Source: Lama guanicoe (Eukaryota). From it: a stretch of 64,000 bases of DNA. The notes beneath the pieces were generated by a model. That model saw nothing but the letters and a program-made list of their open reading frames with translations. It was not told the DNA's origin and did not search any database. Below are positions 42,212-54,545 of the stretch, one piece after another (the first letter of the stretch is position 1; each line of letters starts with the position of its first letter). A program made the position numbers and the translations under genes. The DNA is taken from positions 6,488,724 to 6,552,723 of the forward strand of contig MU054338.1 in assembly GCA_013239625.1 (NCBI GenBank). Direction: 5' to 3'.

Positions 42212-44699
42212 GAACAAACTAACTAGCATCTTCCACCCAGGCTCTCAGCTGGAGGTGTTGAACTGCCGCCCAGGACAGAAAGGACTCTTCTCCTGAAATG
42301 CACCCAAGTCGTGGATTGAGGGCTTGTATTTGAAACCAGTTTGTTATCTCTGCCCATTGAATTTTAATAAGTAGGGCATCTTTCTCCCCACAGGCAAGCC
42401 ACAAAAGATTCGCTTTGTCCATCACTTTCAGCTGCTTTGAAGACAATGCCCTAACTCCTCGAAGCATCTCCTAGGGCTCCCTGAAGTTAATTTCACACGT
42501 GCATGGTTTATATTTTCACAGTAAACTGTGAAATAGGTGCCTTAAAATATAAATTTTAAGGCAAACCATCCCCAGCATGCCTTCCAAATTTGGTGGAAGT
42601 CTATCTGGCATCTTTATTTACTTCAGTAACATAGACTGAGCCTTTTATTTTATTTAGGTGCCTGGATATTAAAAGGAGAAAGGAGTTCTTGAGAATTTTC
42701 TTAGGCAAAGGACTCAATAGCCTGATTCCTTCTGAACAGTTTGTGTGAAGGCAGTACGTGGCCTGGATCTTTTCGTCTGCCAGTCAACCCTGTTGATACT
42801 GGGGGAGTGGAGAAAAAGTGAAGAATGGTCTCAACTGTGGGGCATTTCACAGGTTCTTCCAAATAGCTTAGAAAGGAAACATTGTATTCCTTCCCTGCCA
42901 GGGAAAACCCATCTCTGCAGCTTCACTCAGTTCACCTGAAGGCTGTCCTCACTGTGCCCAGTTCTCTGGTCCTCACTCTAAAGTTTTTATGGAACAAGAA
43001 ATCGATGTCGGCTGCATTGAATGGCTGGGAGAGGACTTGGGATTGTAAAGATAGCTAGATAGCCTTTCAGAATTTGCAGTGTTCTACATGTTATTTGGTC
43101 TTCAACAGCGCTGTGAGCTAGGAAGGGCAAGCTTAAATTTTTTTACAGATGAGAAGGAGAGGTTCAGAGAAGTGACTTGCCCAAGGTCACATGACCACTA
43201 AGTGGTGGCGTGCAAATCTGCCCTGTGGAGTACACCAAAGCAGCCCCTCTCAGCCACGACACACTCCACCTCTGTGTTTGTGAGAAGGGATACTAAAGAG
43301 GTCCCGTGGGGCCAGTGTGTATAGCCAGAAAGAATGATCTAATCTAGAGTAGGGATTTACACATAATGCAGTTGCCAAAAGCCATACAACCTGCCCCAGA
43401 GTGGTGTTTCCTTTCAGAGAGATTAGAGCCCTGGTCTTGATATTAGGTTTAGCTGATTCAGTAAAGCAGTTTGGACATCAACATTCAGGTAAACAGTTTC
43501 TACAGAAATGGTACTTGGACAGCTAGTGGGCACTTGGCCCTGTGTGAGCTGCTTGACCAACAAAAGTGAGTTATTTACGTTCACTTTCTAGCTCTGAAAA
43601 AAAACAACTTTATTTTAGGAGTTACTCTGCTAGGCAGTGGGGCTCCAGCAGTGTTCAAGCCTCAAATGATCCCTGCCCTCATGGAAACTACAGCCTGGCA
43701 GGGGTGTATGATGACCAACTCGTCCCAGTTTGCCTGGGACTTTTCCAGTTTGAACACTGAAAGGCTGGTATCCCAGGAACCACTCAGTCCCAGTAAACTA
43801 GGACCATTGGTCACTCTTCAGATAAGCCAGATGCTGAAGCAATAATAATACTGTGCTGACAGGCAGATGATGGTCACAATTAAATCTGCATTTGATGGCT
43901 CTGGGAGCCAAGTGGAAATGGTGTGGCTAGGGATAGGAGTGCACTGGGGAAACCTAAACAGCTGTTGCAGTAGCCAGGTAAGAGAGGAAGGCAGTTTGGA
44001 AAAGGCAAATGGCTGTAGGAGTGAAATAGAATCCACAGGTGAAGAGATTAATCAGATATGGAGGGTGAAGAATTAGGAACGATCCGGGGTAGTTTCAAAG
44101 CTTAAACAACCAAGCATAGGGACCCTTGGAGGAATCTGCTATTATAGAAGGGAAGTGACGAAGGTTTGGAGTGTGTTAGGTTTAAAGACTCAAGATACAA
44201 TTGTTTTTGGAAAGTACAGATTTTCCAAGCCCCTAGTCTTTAATGCTTCCAATAAATCGTTCTTGAACAGCTGTTCTGTGCCAGGCATAAAGCAAGGTGT
44301 TCAGACACAATGAGGGGCAAGCCTGACACCATCCCTTTCTCATAGAGCTGGAGTTAATAAAATAATCACACCAAGCTGATGTAATTAAGCTCCAAGCTAA
44401 ACTTTCTGAAGGACAGGAGTTTGACCTAGGTCAGAAGCCCTGAGAAAACACTCCTGAGGAGGTGGTTTTCTCACAGAAATCCGAAGGCACTGATAAGTGT
44501 AAATTAGGTGAGGGAAGGAGGGGCAATATTCTGGACAGAGGAAGCCTCACATGCAAAAGTCCTGTGGCACTGAAGCAAGTCTAGATGAAGCTTTGAGAGG
44601 GTGTCAGAAGAGAGAGGCTAAACAAAGAGATGGTCAAGAGACCAGACCATGCAAGCCCTGTGGGCCACACTCTTTTCACTTCACTTGTTAAATGCCTAC

Positions 44700-46662
44700 A
44701 GTCTCCCTTTTTTTCCTTCCCTAAATGCTATCTTTAAAAAAAGTTAGAACATTACAGATAAAGCTGAAATCTTACTATCTCTCCATTCTATTCCCTCTAA
44801 ATCTTAATTTAAAAAATAATCTTCAGTATTCTATGTTCTATGTAGTTCCTTACAGAAGTGGCAACATGTTGCCTGTATCATTCTGCAACCTACTTTTCCT
44901 CCTGCAGGAAGATTTAGCTATCTGTGATGTCACATTCTTTCACCAGCTACCGGATGTTGTTTTATCTTGTGCACTATTGACAGACGTTGGGTTGTTTCCA
45001 GTTTCTCAGAATTACAGATAAGGCTGCAACACCTACTCTTAATTGTGTCTCCTTGGGCACAAGTGTGTATATTTCCCCACATGGATGCTAAGCGGTGGAA
45101 CTCACTAGATCCAGGGTAAGCACAGTTTCCCTAGATGCTGCCAGATCACTCTCCCAAGTAGTTGCAACAAATCATATTCCTGCTATTTGTAGATGTTCTT
45201 TATAAAAATACACACAATCAAGTTGATCACTCTTTTTCTTGATGGTTCTTCCCTTCCCAGTCATATTTAAGACGGACTTTGGTTCTTGTCATTTTCTGCA
45301 GCTTCCTACCCATGTGTTAAGTTATGGTCTCCTGTTTCTGCGTATGTTAGCCAGAGTTAGTTTTTGTTGATTCTGTTAGAACCAAGAATGCTAACAGAGA
45401 CATCAAGACATTTAAAATATATATATATTTTTTTTTAAATAGAAATTTTGGTTTTGCACTGTTTTAAAAATCCATCTGGAATTTGTTGGTATGTATGGTA
45501 TAAAGAAGGAATTTAATATTTTATATGGATAGCCCAATGCTCCCCAACCATTTACTTTTCAAACCATTTCTTGGCTAATTCATTCTTTACCGATTGTTTT
45601 GAGATGCTTTCCCATTCATACAAAATTCCCATTTGTGCATGGACACTCTTCTGTTTTGACTTTTTACTATTTCATTGACCTAAATATCCATGTTTGCATC
45701 AATTTCATTGTTTTAATTATTATAGTTTTATTTTTTATTGTTTGCTATTATTTTTAAATGTTATTTTATTTTATTTTTTGTTTCTTTTTTGGGGGGGAGG
45801 TAATTAGGTTTATTTATTATTATTATTTGGAGGCACTGGGGATTGAACCCAGGATCTTATGCATGCTAAGCACGCACTCTACCTCTGAGCTATAGTCTCC
45901 CCCACCTTTTTTTTCTTACTACAGTTTTATAACATCTTAATAGCAGATAGAATAAGTTTCTCCCCCCTTTTTCTTTTTTCTTTTTTTTGAAAAAAAGTCT
46001 GAGTTATCATTGCATATTTACTCCTTCCTGTAAAGGATGAAATTCCAAGAAAAATCAGAATTTTGATTCAGTTGCATTAAAATTATCCAGTTGGGGAGAA
46101 AAACATTTTTAGATTTTGTCTCTTTGTTCATGAACTTGATACATCTGTCAATTTAGTGAAGATATTGCTGTACTCAGGAAAGCTTTATGAGTTCTCCACA
46201 AAGGACTTGCAGTGGGTTTTGTAGGAGTTTTATAAGTCTTGTTGCTATTGTCAGCGAGATCTTTACTCACTGATCCTTTTAAATTGGTATTTCTGGTATC
46301 CAGGAAAGTTGTTGATATTGATATATTGCTCTTCCACCAGCCTCTTTGTAAGTATCTTTTTTCAAACAGATAGTCAAATCACCTGCAAGTAATGATAGTG
46401 TAATGGCATCTTTCCACCACTCATTAGTTCCCCACTCCTTTTTCTTGTCCCACAGCATTAGCTAAGGCCTTCTGTACAATGTTAACTAGTAGCAGCAACA
46501 GTGGGCGTCGTTGTCTGATTTCTAACTATAAGGTGACTGCTTCTGATGTTCCACCATTGAATCTGATGTTTGTCAGAAGATTTTCTGTAATCTATGCCTT
46601 GAGTGTCGCTGGAAAACTTATCAAGTTCAGAAAGCTCCCTCCTATACCTAGTTTGCTATATC

Positions 46663-46699
<37 letters not shown>

Positions 46700-46720
46700 A
46701 ACTATAAATGGATGTTGAAT
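44700..46720 (-). mobile_element. Degenerate old L1, with a SINE (~45790-45905, -) and (GA)n 46666-46696
   Basis: T-rich antisense L1 phrases (ttgggttgtttccagtt, ttgtctgatttctaact, cctatacctagtttgc). Confidence 0.65.
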
Positions 46721-48369
46721 TTTCCAGAGGTCTCTCTTTTCAGTCCGTGGGTGCCAAGAAATTGTATTTCTAACAAGTTCCCAATTGATACTGATGCTGC
46801 TTGTCCAGGGACCACATTTCAAGACACGAACAAGAACAAATGGGTTAAAGGCAAATTCTGAGACATGATGTTTAAGGAGTAGATGGGAGTAAGAGGAGCT
46901 CCAGTAGAAACATAGCAGAAGCAGAAAATTATGAGAAAAACTAAGAAAAGTATAGTGTCACAGAAGCCAAGAAGTGAAAACTTTGAGCACAAAAAGTTTT
47001 AAAGAATCACACTATTAAATACAAAAAAGTTCAAAAAAAATACAGAGAGATTCAGAAAGATAGAGACCTTCAAATGCTCTTTGGATTTAGCGATTGGAAA
47101 ATAACCTTACTGAGAACCATTTCAGTAGCACTGTGAGGGTAAAGGAATAGACTATGTCTAGAAATGTTTACTGAGTGCCTCATTAGAATAGGCACTGTTG
47201 CCAAGGAGACAACACTGAATCAGTGAAGGATGCCGAGAATGAGAACATCTCTTTTGAGACATTTGGGTGAGAAGAGGCAGAGAATGTACACATGATCGCT
47301 AGAGAGGAACGAAGGGTTCAGGGAGGATTTGAGGTTTTACTTTGAAGATTCAGAAGACAAAGCGTGTTTATAGACTGAGGGGAAGTTCCAGTATAGAAAG
47401 AGAAAAGATGAAGGTAAAAGACAGGATGGACTTACAGTGATGATGAGGGAGTAACTTCCTGTTAACAGGACAGTATCTAAGGTAAATTTCAGCTCTGTGA
47501 AGGGCACTGTAATTCTAGATGCTAGAGCATCTTGCTTTCAATTCAATGAATATCTTCTCCCTTGGGAGTGTATTCTGGTTTTTGTTTGTTTGTTTTTTGA
47601 TCGGGTGATGGAAGAACTTATTACTTGCAGCAAGTAGGGAGAACACTGGGGATCCTGGTTTTAAAATATAAATGTTAGTAGGAATGTATAGTATTGCAGA
47701 AGATAGAATTTAAGGAAATTAAATTTTAAAAATACCATACAGGAAACAGACTACGTTTGAGATCCATATCTGTCACATACTAGGTGCAAATCCTCTCTGT
47801 GCCTCATTTTTCTCCTCTGTAAAATGGGTAACAGTAACAGTACCTAGCACCGGGCACACAGTAAGAATACAATAAATGTCGTATTATTGACTAGGAACAA
47901 GGTTAGTACTTGAAACCTGAAATGCTAATATTAATCTGAATTTTTAAGGTTGTTAAAGTTAGAATGATAATGATAACCTAAGAGTACTATACCTGCATTA
48001 CTTAAAGATTCCTCACTCCTCACTGGCTCTCATTAACTGTGAAAAATCAGTGCTTCCACCAACCCATCTGTCTTATTTTATGATGGTTTTGTAGCTTCCC
48101 AAGACCCTCAGGGCTGATACAGGAAGTGTAGTCTAAAAGGAGGGCAGCACCCTCTTGTGGGCCTCTGGGTGAAAAAAGGAACTATTTCCAGAGAAGGAAA
48201 GAAAAAAAGCAAGATTGGAGGGGCCCCAGGGTGTAGAATGCCCTGATCTTGGCTTGTTCCTATTTCTTTTTTAATTAGCATTCTTCAAAACTTCTGGGGA
48301 AATTACGTTTTTCATAAATAAAAAAACAACTTCAGATCTGTCCAGGAAGCTCCCTGTTTAAAAGGCATT

Positions 48370-48844
48370 TGACGTAGAAAACAATCTAATGGTTCTCAAA
48401 GGGGAAAGGTGGTGGGAGGGATAAAATAGGAGTTTGAGATTAACAGATACGTACTACTGCATATAAAATAGATAAACAACAAGGTACTGTTAAACAACAA
48501 ATATCTACTGTGTAGCCCAGGGAACTATAGTCAATATCTTGTAATAACCCATAATGGAAAAGAATCTGAAAAAGAATATGTATATATATAGTTGAATCAC
48601 TTTGCTTTACACCAGAAACACAACACTGTAAATCAGCTATACTTCAATAAACTTTTTTTTTAAGTAAAGGACTCAAGCACCTACTGTATAACACAGGGAA
48701 CTATATTCAATTTCTTGTAATAACATATAATGGAAAAGAATCTGAAAAAAGTATGTATATGTGTAACTGAATCACTTTGCTGTACACAAGAAACTAACAT
48801 TATAAATCAACTTGAAAGAAAGAAAGAAAGAAAGAAAGAAAGAG

Positions 48845-48890
<46 letters not shown>

Positions 48891-48916
48891 GAAGGAAAAA
48901 AGAAAGAAAGAAAGAA
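48370..48916 (+). mobile_element. Two head-to-tail L1 3' ends followed by (GAAA)n 48814-48916
   Basis: ctactgt.ta...cagggaactata.tcaat.tcttgtaataac..ataatggaaaagaatctgaaaaa repeated at ~48505 and ~48680. Confidence 0.8.
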
Positions 48917-50189
48917 TCGCTCCTGTGAGCCCCAGCACCAGATCCACACCTCAGGGTTGTAACTTTGATTTTGTGACACCACATTTTAAGCCGGACACCC
49001 AGGAAAACTTTTCAGACTACGTATCTCAGGATCCTCTGGGATATATTCAGCTGATTTAGATAACTTTTGTGGGAAATTTGAAACCGAGCAGCCTGATGCT
49101 GACGTCAGCTGACTCTTTGCCTTCCCCCGCTCTCAGCTTCAGGGTCAGGAAAGATTAATATCATTAGCCAAGGAGTTGGTGTCTCTTAAGTCTCAGCTGT
49201 CACAGGTGGATTCTTTTTCATTTCTAGCCCATGTCTTCCCCTTACAGATCATATTTCACCCTCCCTGACCATCTTTCAGTTTCTCTAAGGATTCACCAAG
49301 TGAGGAGAGGAGGCAGGGACAACAAATATTTCAGTGCCTACCATCTTCCAGGCACTGTGTAGTTACAACTGGAAGCAGAAGACATGGTTTCTGCCCTCCT
49401 GTAGCCCATAGTCAACAGGGTAGGTGGACAGAAATGTGCATGACTGTTCATTAATGTACACCCAGAAACTCTTGAGAAGTTCTCTAGGAAAAAGTAGTTT
49501 GCAGAAGTCATCAACAATGTATGTTTGGCCTTGTATTCATAATTATTCTATTCTTCATCTTGTTCACCATTTACCGGCACACAAAAGGAGCCTCACCCAT
49601 ATTTGAATGTTGAGTAGATGAATTCTTGGTCACAATGGATATATGATAAACATTTGTGGGATTGAATGGAATTGGCCAGGTCTTCTAGATGCTTCTCCAA
49701 GGGTGTGGATTTTGCTAGCTCTGTGCAAGAGTAGAGCTTCTCTGGCTGTTAGGATTTTAGTTCAACCCAAGAAGCCCTTTTGACTTCACTTTAACTGGTA
49801 CCATCAGATTTCTTGGAACTTCATGAAACAGAGTAACTCCTCTTTCAGGTAACAACCTGCACATATCCAGTCACTTAATAAGCACCTGCTAATGATGTCA
49901 GGAATTGTGAGAAGCATTTGATAAATATTTTAAGGCAGTTTTAAATTTGTCTTGTGGCTCCCATTTTAGGAGAAACAGCCCTAGTTCCTTAAATGATTTC
50001 TCATGTGACATGGTGAGTTCCTTTAACAGCTAGTTTCACCACCCCCCAAACATTTTGAGGGTGATTTGCATCTTGCCTTCCCCCCTCCCCAACTGGGGGC
50101 AGGAAAGCACGGGGGGGCGCTTTGGGATGTCTCATGTATGGGGACCACTGAAGCCCTTGCAAGGGTCTGCCTCGAACTGCAAGGGTCAG

Positions 50190-50660
50190 GAAGAGATTAC
50201 CCTCAGGGAGAAGGGGGATAATGGGTCCCCTCAGGGTGAGGGATGGCAATGATGGCAAGCCCTCAGGAAGGGAGGGGACAGTGCCAGGCCCCTTCTCAGG
50301 AAGGAGGAACAATACTGGGGACCATTGAGGAAGGGAGGATGACCCTGGGGGAAAGGATGACATGGGATGGGACGCCCCCCAGGAAGAGGGGGCGACGCCA
50401 GTGTCATTCTCCCTCAGGAGGGACAATGCTGGGCCTTCATCAGGCATCAGGAATGGGACTGACATCAGGGTTTCCTAAGTAAGTGGGAACAACGGTGGCG
50501 TCACTTTACGAAAGAAGAGACAATGCTAGGGTTCACTTCAGGAGGATGTCCAGGTCCTCCTCAGGAAAGAGGAGTTGACGCCAGGGCCCCCCTAAGAAAA
50601 TGTGAACGGCGCTGGGGTCACCCTTAGGAAGGGACTGACGCCAGGTCCCCTCACCCGCCT
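50190..50660. repeat. Degenerate ~30-33 bp tandem repeat
   Basis: Recurring cctcaggaagggag..gacR.YgccaggG.ccc units. Confidence 0.6.
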
Positions 50661-50900
50661 CAGGATTCGTCTCACCTGACGCGGTTCAAGCTCCTCGGCT
50701 CCTGCAGTCCTCGGGTTCTAAACGCGAAGCGGTCGCGCTTCTCATTGGCTCTTTCTTGGCTAAAACCCACCACGACAGCCAATCGTAGCGCAGGGGAAAA
50801 TCTCCCGCGCCCCTTGCAACGCCTCCTACTCGTCTGCGCGTGCGCGCCTTCCTCAGCCCCACTCTGGGGGGCGCACGTGGGTCAAGCGCCCAGTCGTACC
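50650..50900 (-). promoter_or_regulatory. Orphan CpG-rich promoter-like element
   Basis: CCAAT boxes 50744-50748 and 50779-50783, TGCGCGTGCGC 50835-50845, CACGTG 50874-50879, minus-strand donors at 50675 and 50654. Confidence 0.5.
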
Positions 50901-52822
50901 TCCTTCCTGGCCTGTGACCCATTTTATAATTATAGGACTTACTTTGTAGGACTGTTGCTAGAATTAAGTGCAATAATTTATGTAAAACAAACAGTGCCTG
51001 GCACTTAGTAATCGGCTGACAAACCTGAGCTATTATTATTTTAATTTTACAGTGAGGAAAACTGAGGCTCAGAATGAGGAAATAATCTGCTCAAACTCAG
51101 TTATTAACTGGCAGAGTCGCAACCAGAATCCAGAGTCTGTGTGCTTATCTACCATACATTTGTGGCTCCCAGATAACAAATACCGGCTATTTCCTCAGAT
51201 TATGAAGTAACTTCCCCTTGATTATAAAAGTAATACATGCTTATTGCAAAAACTCAGAAAATATCGAAGACGGAACAGCAAACACAGATGTCTTTTAATC
51301 CCACCACTGGAGACACTTAGTATTTTGACAGACAACCTGCCTTTTCTATGCACATATGTAGGGTCATATAATGCAGAAAGTTTTCAAACCCGCTCTTACT
51401 GTGAACCTCTTGTTTCAGTAAATATAGATCCACCTCATTGTTTTTAATAAGTGAATCATACAGGAAGCATAATTTAATGACTCCCTAATGTTGGACACCT
51501 GGATTCTTATTAATTCTTCACTATTCTGACCAATACTAGAATGGGTATTTGGTACCTGTAAATTTAGGTTTTCATCCAATTGCTTAAGATAAATGTTTTT
51601 AAAAGTGCAATACCTGTGTCAAAATGCACGCACAGTCGTTACGCTTTTGATAAATATTGTCAGACCACTCCAGGAAAGCTGTATGTGCTGACTTCTACCA
51701 ACACTAAAGAGCTATGAAAGTGCTTTGCCCAACCCAGGATGGTCCATCTTTTCATTATTTGCCAGTAGTTGAAAAAAGAAAACTGTCTTCTTTTAATTTT
51801 ACTCCCTTGTATTTTTAATGCTGTGAAAGAGGGGAAAATATGATCCACATCTCAGGATTTTGTGCATGCGAAATAAAATAGGGATAATGAAAGTACCTGG
51901 CAGCTATCACTGTCAAACTGGCCTTGGATGAAGTGAGATCCTTGCCTTATTTCCCTGAAATTTCTCAGCACTGTGAGATCAATTCTCCGCCTCAGTTTCC
52001 TCATCTGCAAAGTGACAGTATGCATCTCAAGGACAGCTGGAAAGTCGATAAAATAATCTGACTAATGAGTTTAGCAGAGGGCAGAGCCCTCTAAAGGCTG
52101 GGTGAGGTGGAGCCATTTGCCCCAGACCACTGTAGCCTGCAAGCAGTTGATGTCAATTTCAGAGAATGAGCCGACTCCACCCCTTCCCTAGGCTCCCCTG
52201 TCCTGTTCAGATTATAAGGCCTCTCTGCCCTTGGTCACCTTTCCCAGAGTAAAGATGAACTCCCCAACGGGAGAATTTTAAAGAGTCAGCTGATGGTCAT
52301 ATGCCACCTCTGCCCTTTGACCCACATTGTCAGACTGTCACCAAATCTCAACTCAGGAGGCATTTGGGACATCACACCTACCCTTGTACACTTGAGGAAA
52401 TAGGCCCAAGAAGGCTCACCCAGAGCCACCCAGCTAACCCCTACAGGCTGAGATTGATACTGTCGCCTCCTGACCCCCAGCCTGACACCCTTTCCCCGAC
52501 TCTGCTTCCCTTTGAAACACCCTTGGGAAAATGTCTGTGTCTCCTCATCACTTCTTGCGCAAAATTCAGATTCCCTGGAAACTTCTACCTACTTTTCCAG
52601 CTTTGCTCCTCTCCTCTGGATCCAGGCTGGCCCCTGCTTCTCTGAGCCAGGATATCTACTAGGAACCTTTAAGCCAAGGTCAAGCAGGCGAAACTTGATA
52701 GGCATTAAATCCTCTGCATTAACTCTCCTGCTCAAGTGTCAATATGGTGCAGTCTGATATGCTAGTTGTGGCTACACGTGGCTACTTAATGTAAAGGAAA
52801 ATGAAAACTCCCCTTCCTCTAG

Positions 52823-52945
52823 AGGGGAGGGATAGCTCAGTGGTAGAGCTCATGCTTAGCGTGTACGAGATCCTGGGTTCAATCCCCAGTACCTCCATTA
52901 AAAAAATAAATAAACCTAATTACCTCCTCCCCCCTAAAAAACCAA
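52823..52945 (+). mobile_element. tRNA-Ala SINE
   Basis: ggggagggatagctcagtggtagagctcatgcttagcgtgtacgagatcctgggttcaatccccagtacctcca...aaacctaattacctcc. Confidence 0.85.
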
Positions 52946-53163
52946 AACCAAAATATGTAAGTGAGACTATTGAAGGTCAGGGAAGTTACGCCCAAGTTAC
53001 ACAGTCACAGCTGGGATCCAAACGAGTCCTTGGCTGCTAAGGATAATTAGCAGAAAAGGTGGGTAGATCTTTCTTCAGATCCAGCTGAAAGCTGTCTTCA
53101 TTCTGTTTTGGAAGACACCTGCTACAAATACATACATTTACTCATCCCGCTGTGCTTAACCAC

Positions 53164-53169
53164 TTAAGC

Positions 53170-53200
<31 letters not shown>

Positions 53201-53226
53201 GTTACACTCCAGAGGCAGCCAGTTAA

Positions 53227-53266
<40 letters not shown>

Positions 53267-53284
53267 ACTCCAGAGGCAGCCAGT
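53164..53284. repeat. Duplicated (TG)n microsatellite including its flanks
   Basis: ttaagc-(TG)n-ttacactccagaggcagccagt occurs twice in tandem. Confidence 0.9.
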
Positions 53285-54539
53285 ATTCTAATCCAAAAGC
53301 CTGCATCCACAAACACTTCTATGTTTATCTTTATCCACAGGGGAAATTTTGCTCATTAGTAAATGAATGCTATATGAGCATAATGAATGTCAGAAACATT
53401 TTATTGGTGACATCAGGGCTTGTTCATTAGCCTGATAAAGGTTGGAAAAATGGGCTCCCATGGGTGGAATTAACAGTATTCAAATATGTAGATTGGTTAA
53501 AATATCTGAGACTCATTTGCTCCCCAACCTTGCATGAACACAGAAAAACAGAGCTAAAATCACAAACTGGTTCTGTGTGAACTTGGAGGATTCAGCTTGC
53601 CTGATACCCATCCTAAGATTCACAGGCTTTAACATGTTCAAGTATTTTCCCCCCCTTAGTTTTGTTTTACTGCAACATGAAGGTTGCAACACCAAAATGG
53701 CCAGATGCTGGGACTTCATGGAATTTACAGATGTAAGTTCTCTCGCGCCTGTGAATCAAGTTTAATGTCCGCAAGGCAGAATTTGACCCAAGAGCTTTTA
53801 TCTTGAGCTGGTAACCAGATGGTGGAGGCGTGGTCAATCAAGTGCACTTGGTTTCCAGGAATGACTTCGAGGTACCCTAAGAACCTGAGTTGCGTCAGAT
53901 ATGCGCCACGTGAGAGAAACAAGGCTTACCTGGGTCTGCTGGCCTCCAAAGACTGCGTGGTCTAAACCTCCACTTTACCACCTGGAGCCCCTGTGTCAGG
54001 ACCTGGCCCAGGTCCAAGCACTCCCTCCAGCCAAACTCTCTGCCCCCCTTCAAGTTCTATCTGCTTGGGGAGGGGTAGGGACAGAGCCCGCTGCTTGTCA
54101 TCCCCAGCTCCATCCCCCCAGACAGTAAGCACAGGAGGGAGGCACCTTGAGAAACAGGATGGGAAAGGAAGCCACATCAGCCAAGAAGATTGGTGAAAGC
54201 CTCGGTTTAATTGGAGACAACATCAAAGGATTGATTATTGATCAGCAGACCGACTGATCGTCAAAGTGGACAACACTCAAGCAGCTCACAGGGGTCCTGC
54301 AACCTCACCTGGTCCCCTATCCCCAGTTGCCAATCAGGCCCAGCCCTGGGGCAGGGGGAGGGGTAGGCTCTGCCCAGCCCTCACCCACTATGATGACAAG
54401 ACTCCTCATTAAACAACAGTGCTGAGTCCACACTTCCAGGGTCTATGGTACAGTTTGTATAATACAGCCGGAATGGAGACTCCCTCCAGGAGACCCCCAC
54501 CCCGCCTTCCCCTGACTGAGTCAGTGGAGGAAGGGTAAG

Positions 54540-54545
54540 TTTATT
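54540..54545 (-). terminator. PDE4A: Putative PDE4A polyadenylation signal (alternative ATTAAA at 54206-54211)
   Basis: AATAAA on minus ~1.5 kb past the stop, preceded by a U-rich tract and UGUA motifs. Confidence 0.6.

Noticed and set aside
48730..49059. 109-aa Lys/Glu/Arg-rich ORF
   Set aside because: Translation of an L1 3' end plus a (GAAA)n microsatellite
49590..49750. ~50-codon open stretch on the minus strand ending in a GTGAG donor, a possible exon of the orphan transcript
   Set aside because: Overlaps L2 3'-end-like sequence, has an in-frame stop immediately upstream and no recognisable protein similarity
52823..52900. tRNA-Ala gene-like sequences (also 12618, 14185, 24540, 57814)
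   Set aside because: Diverged stems, shared SINE tail and many dispersed copies identify them as SINEs, not tRNA genes
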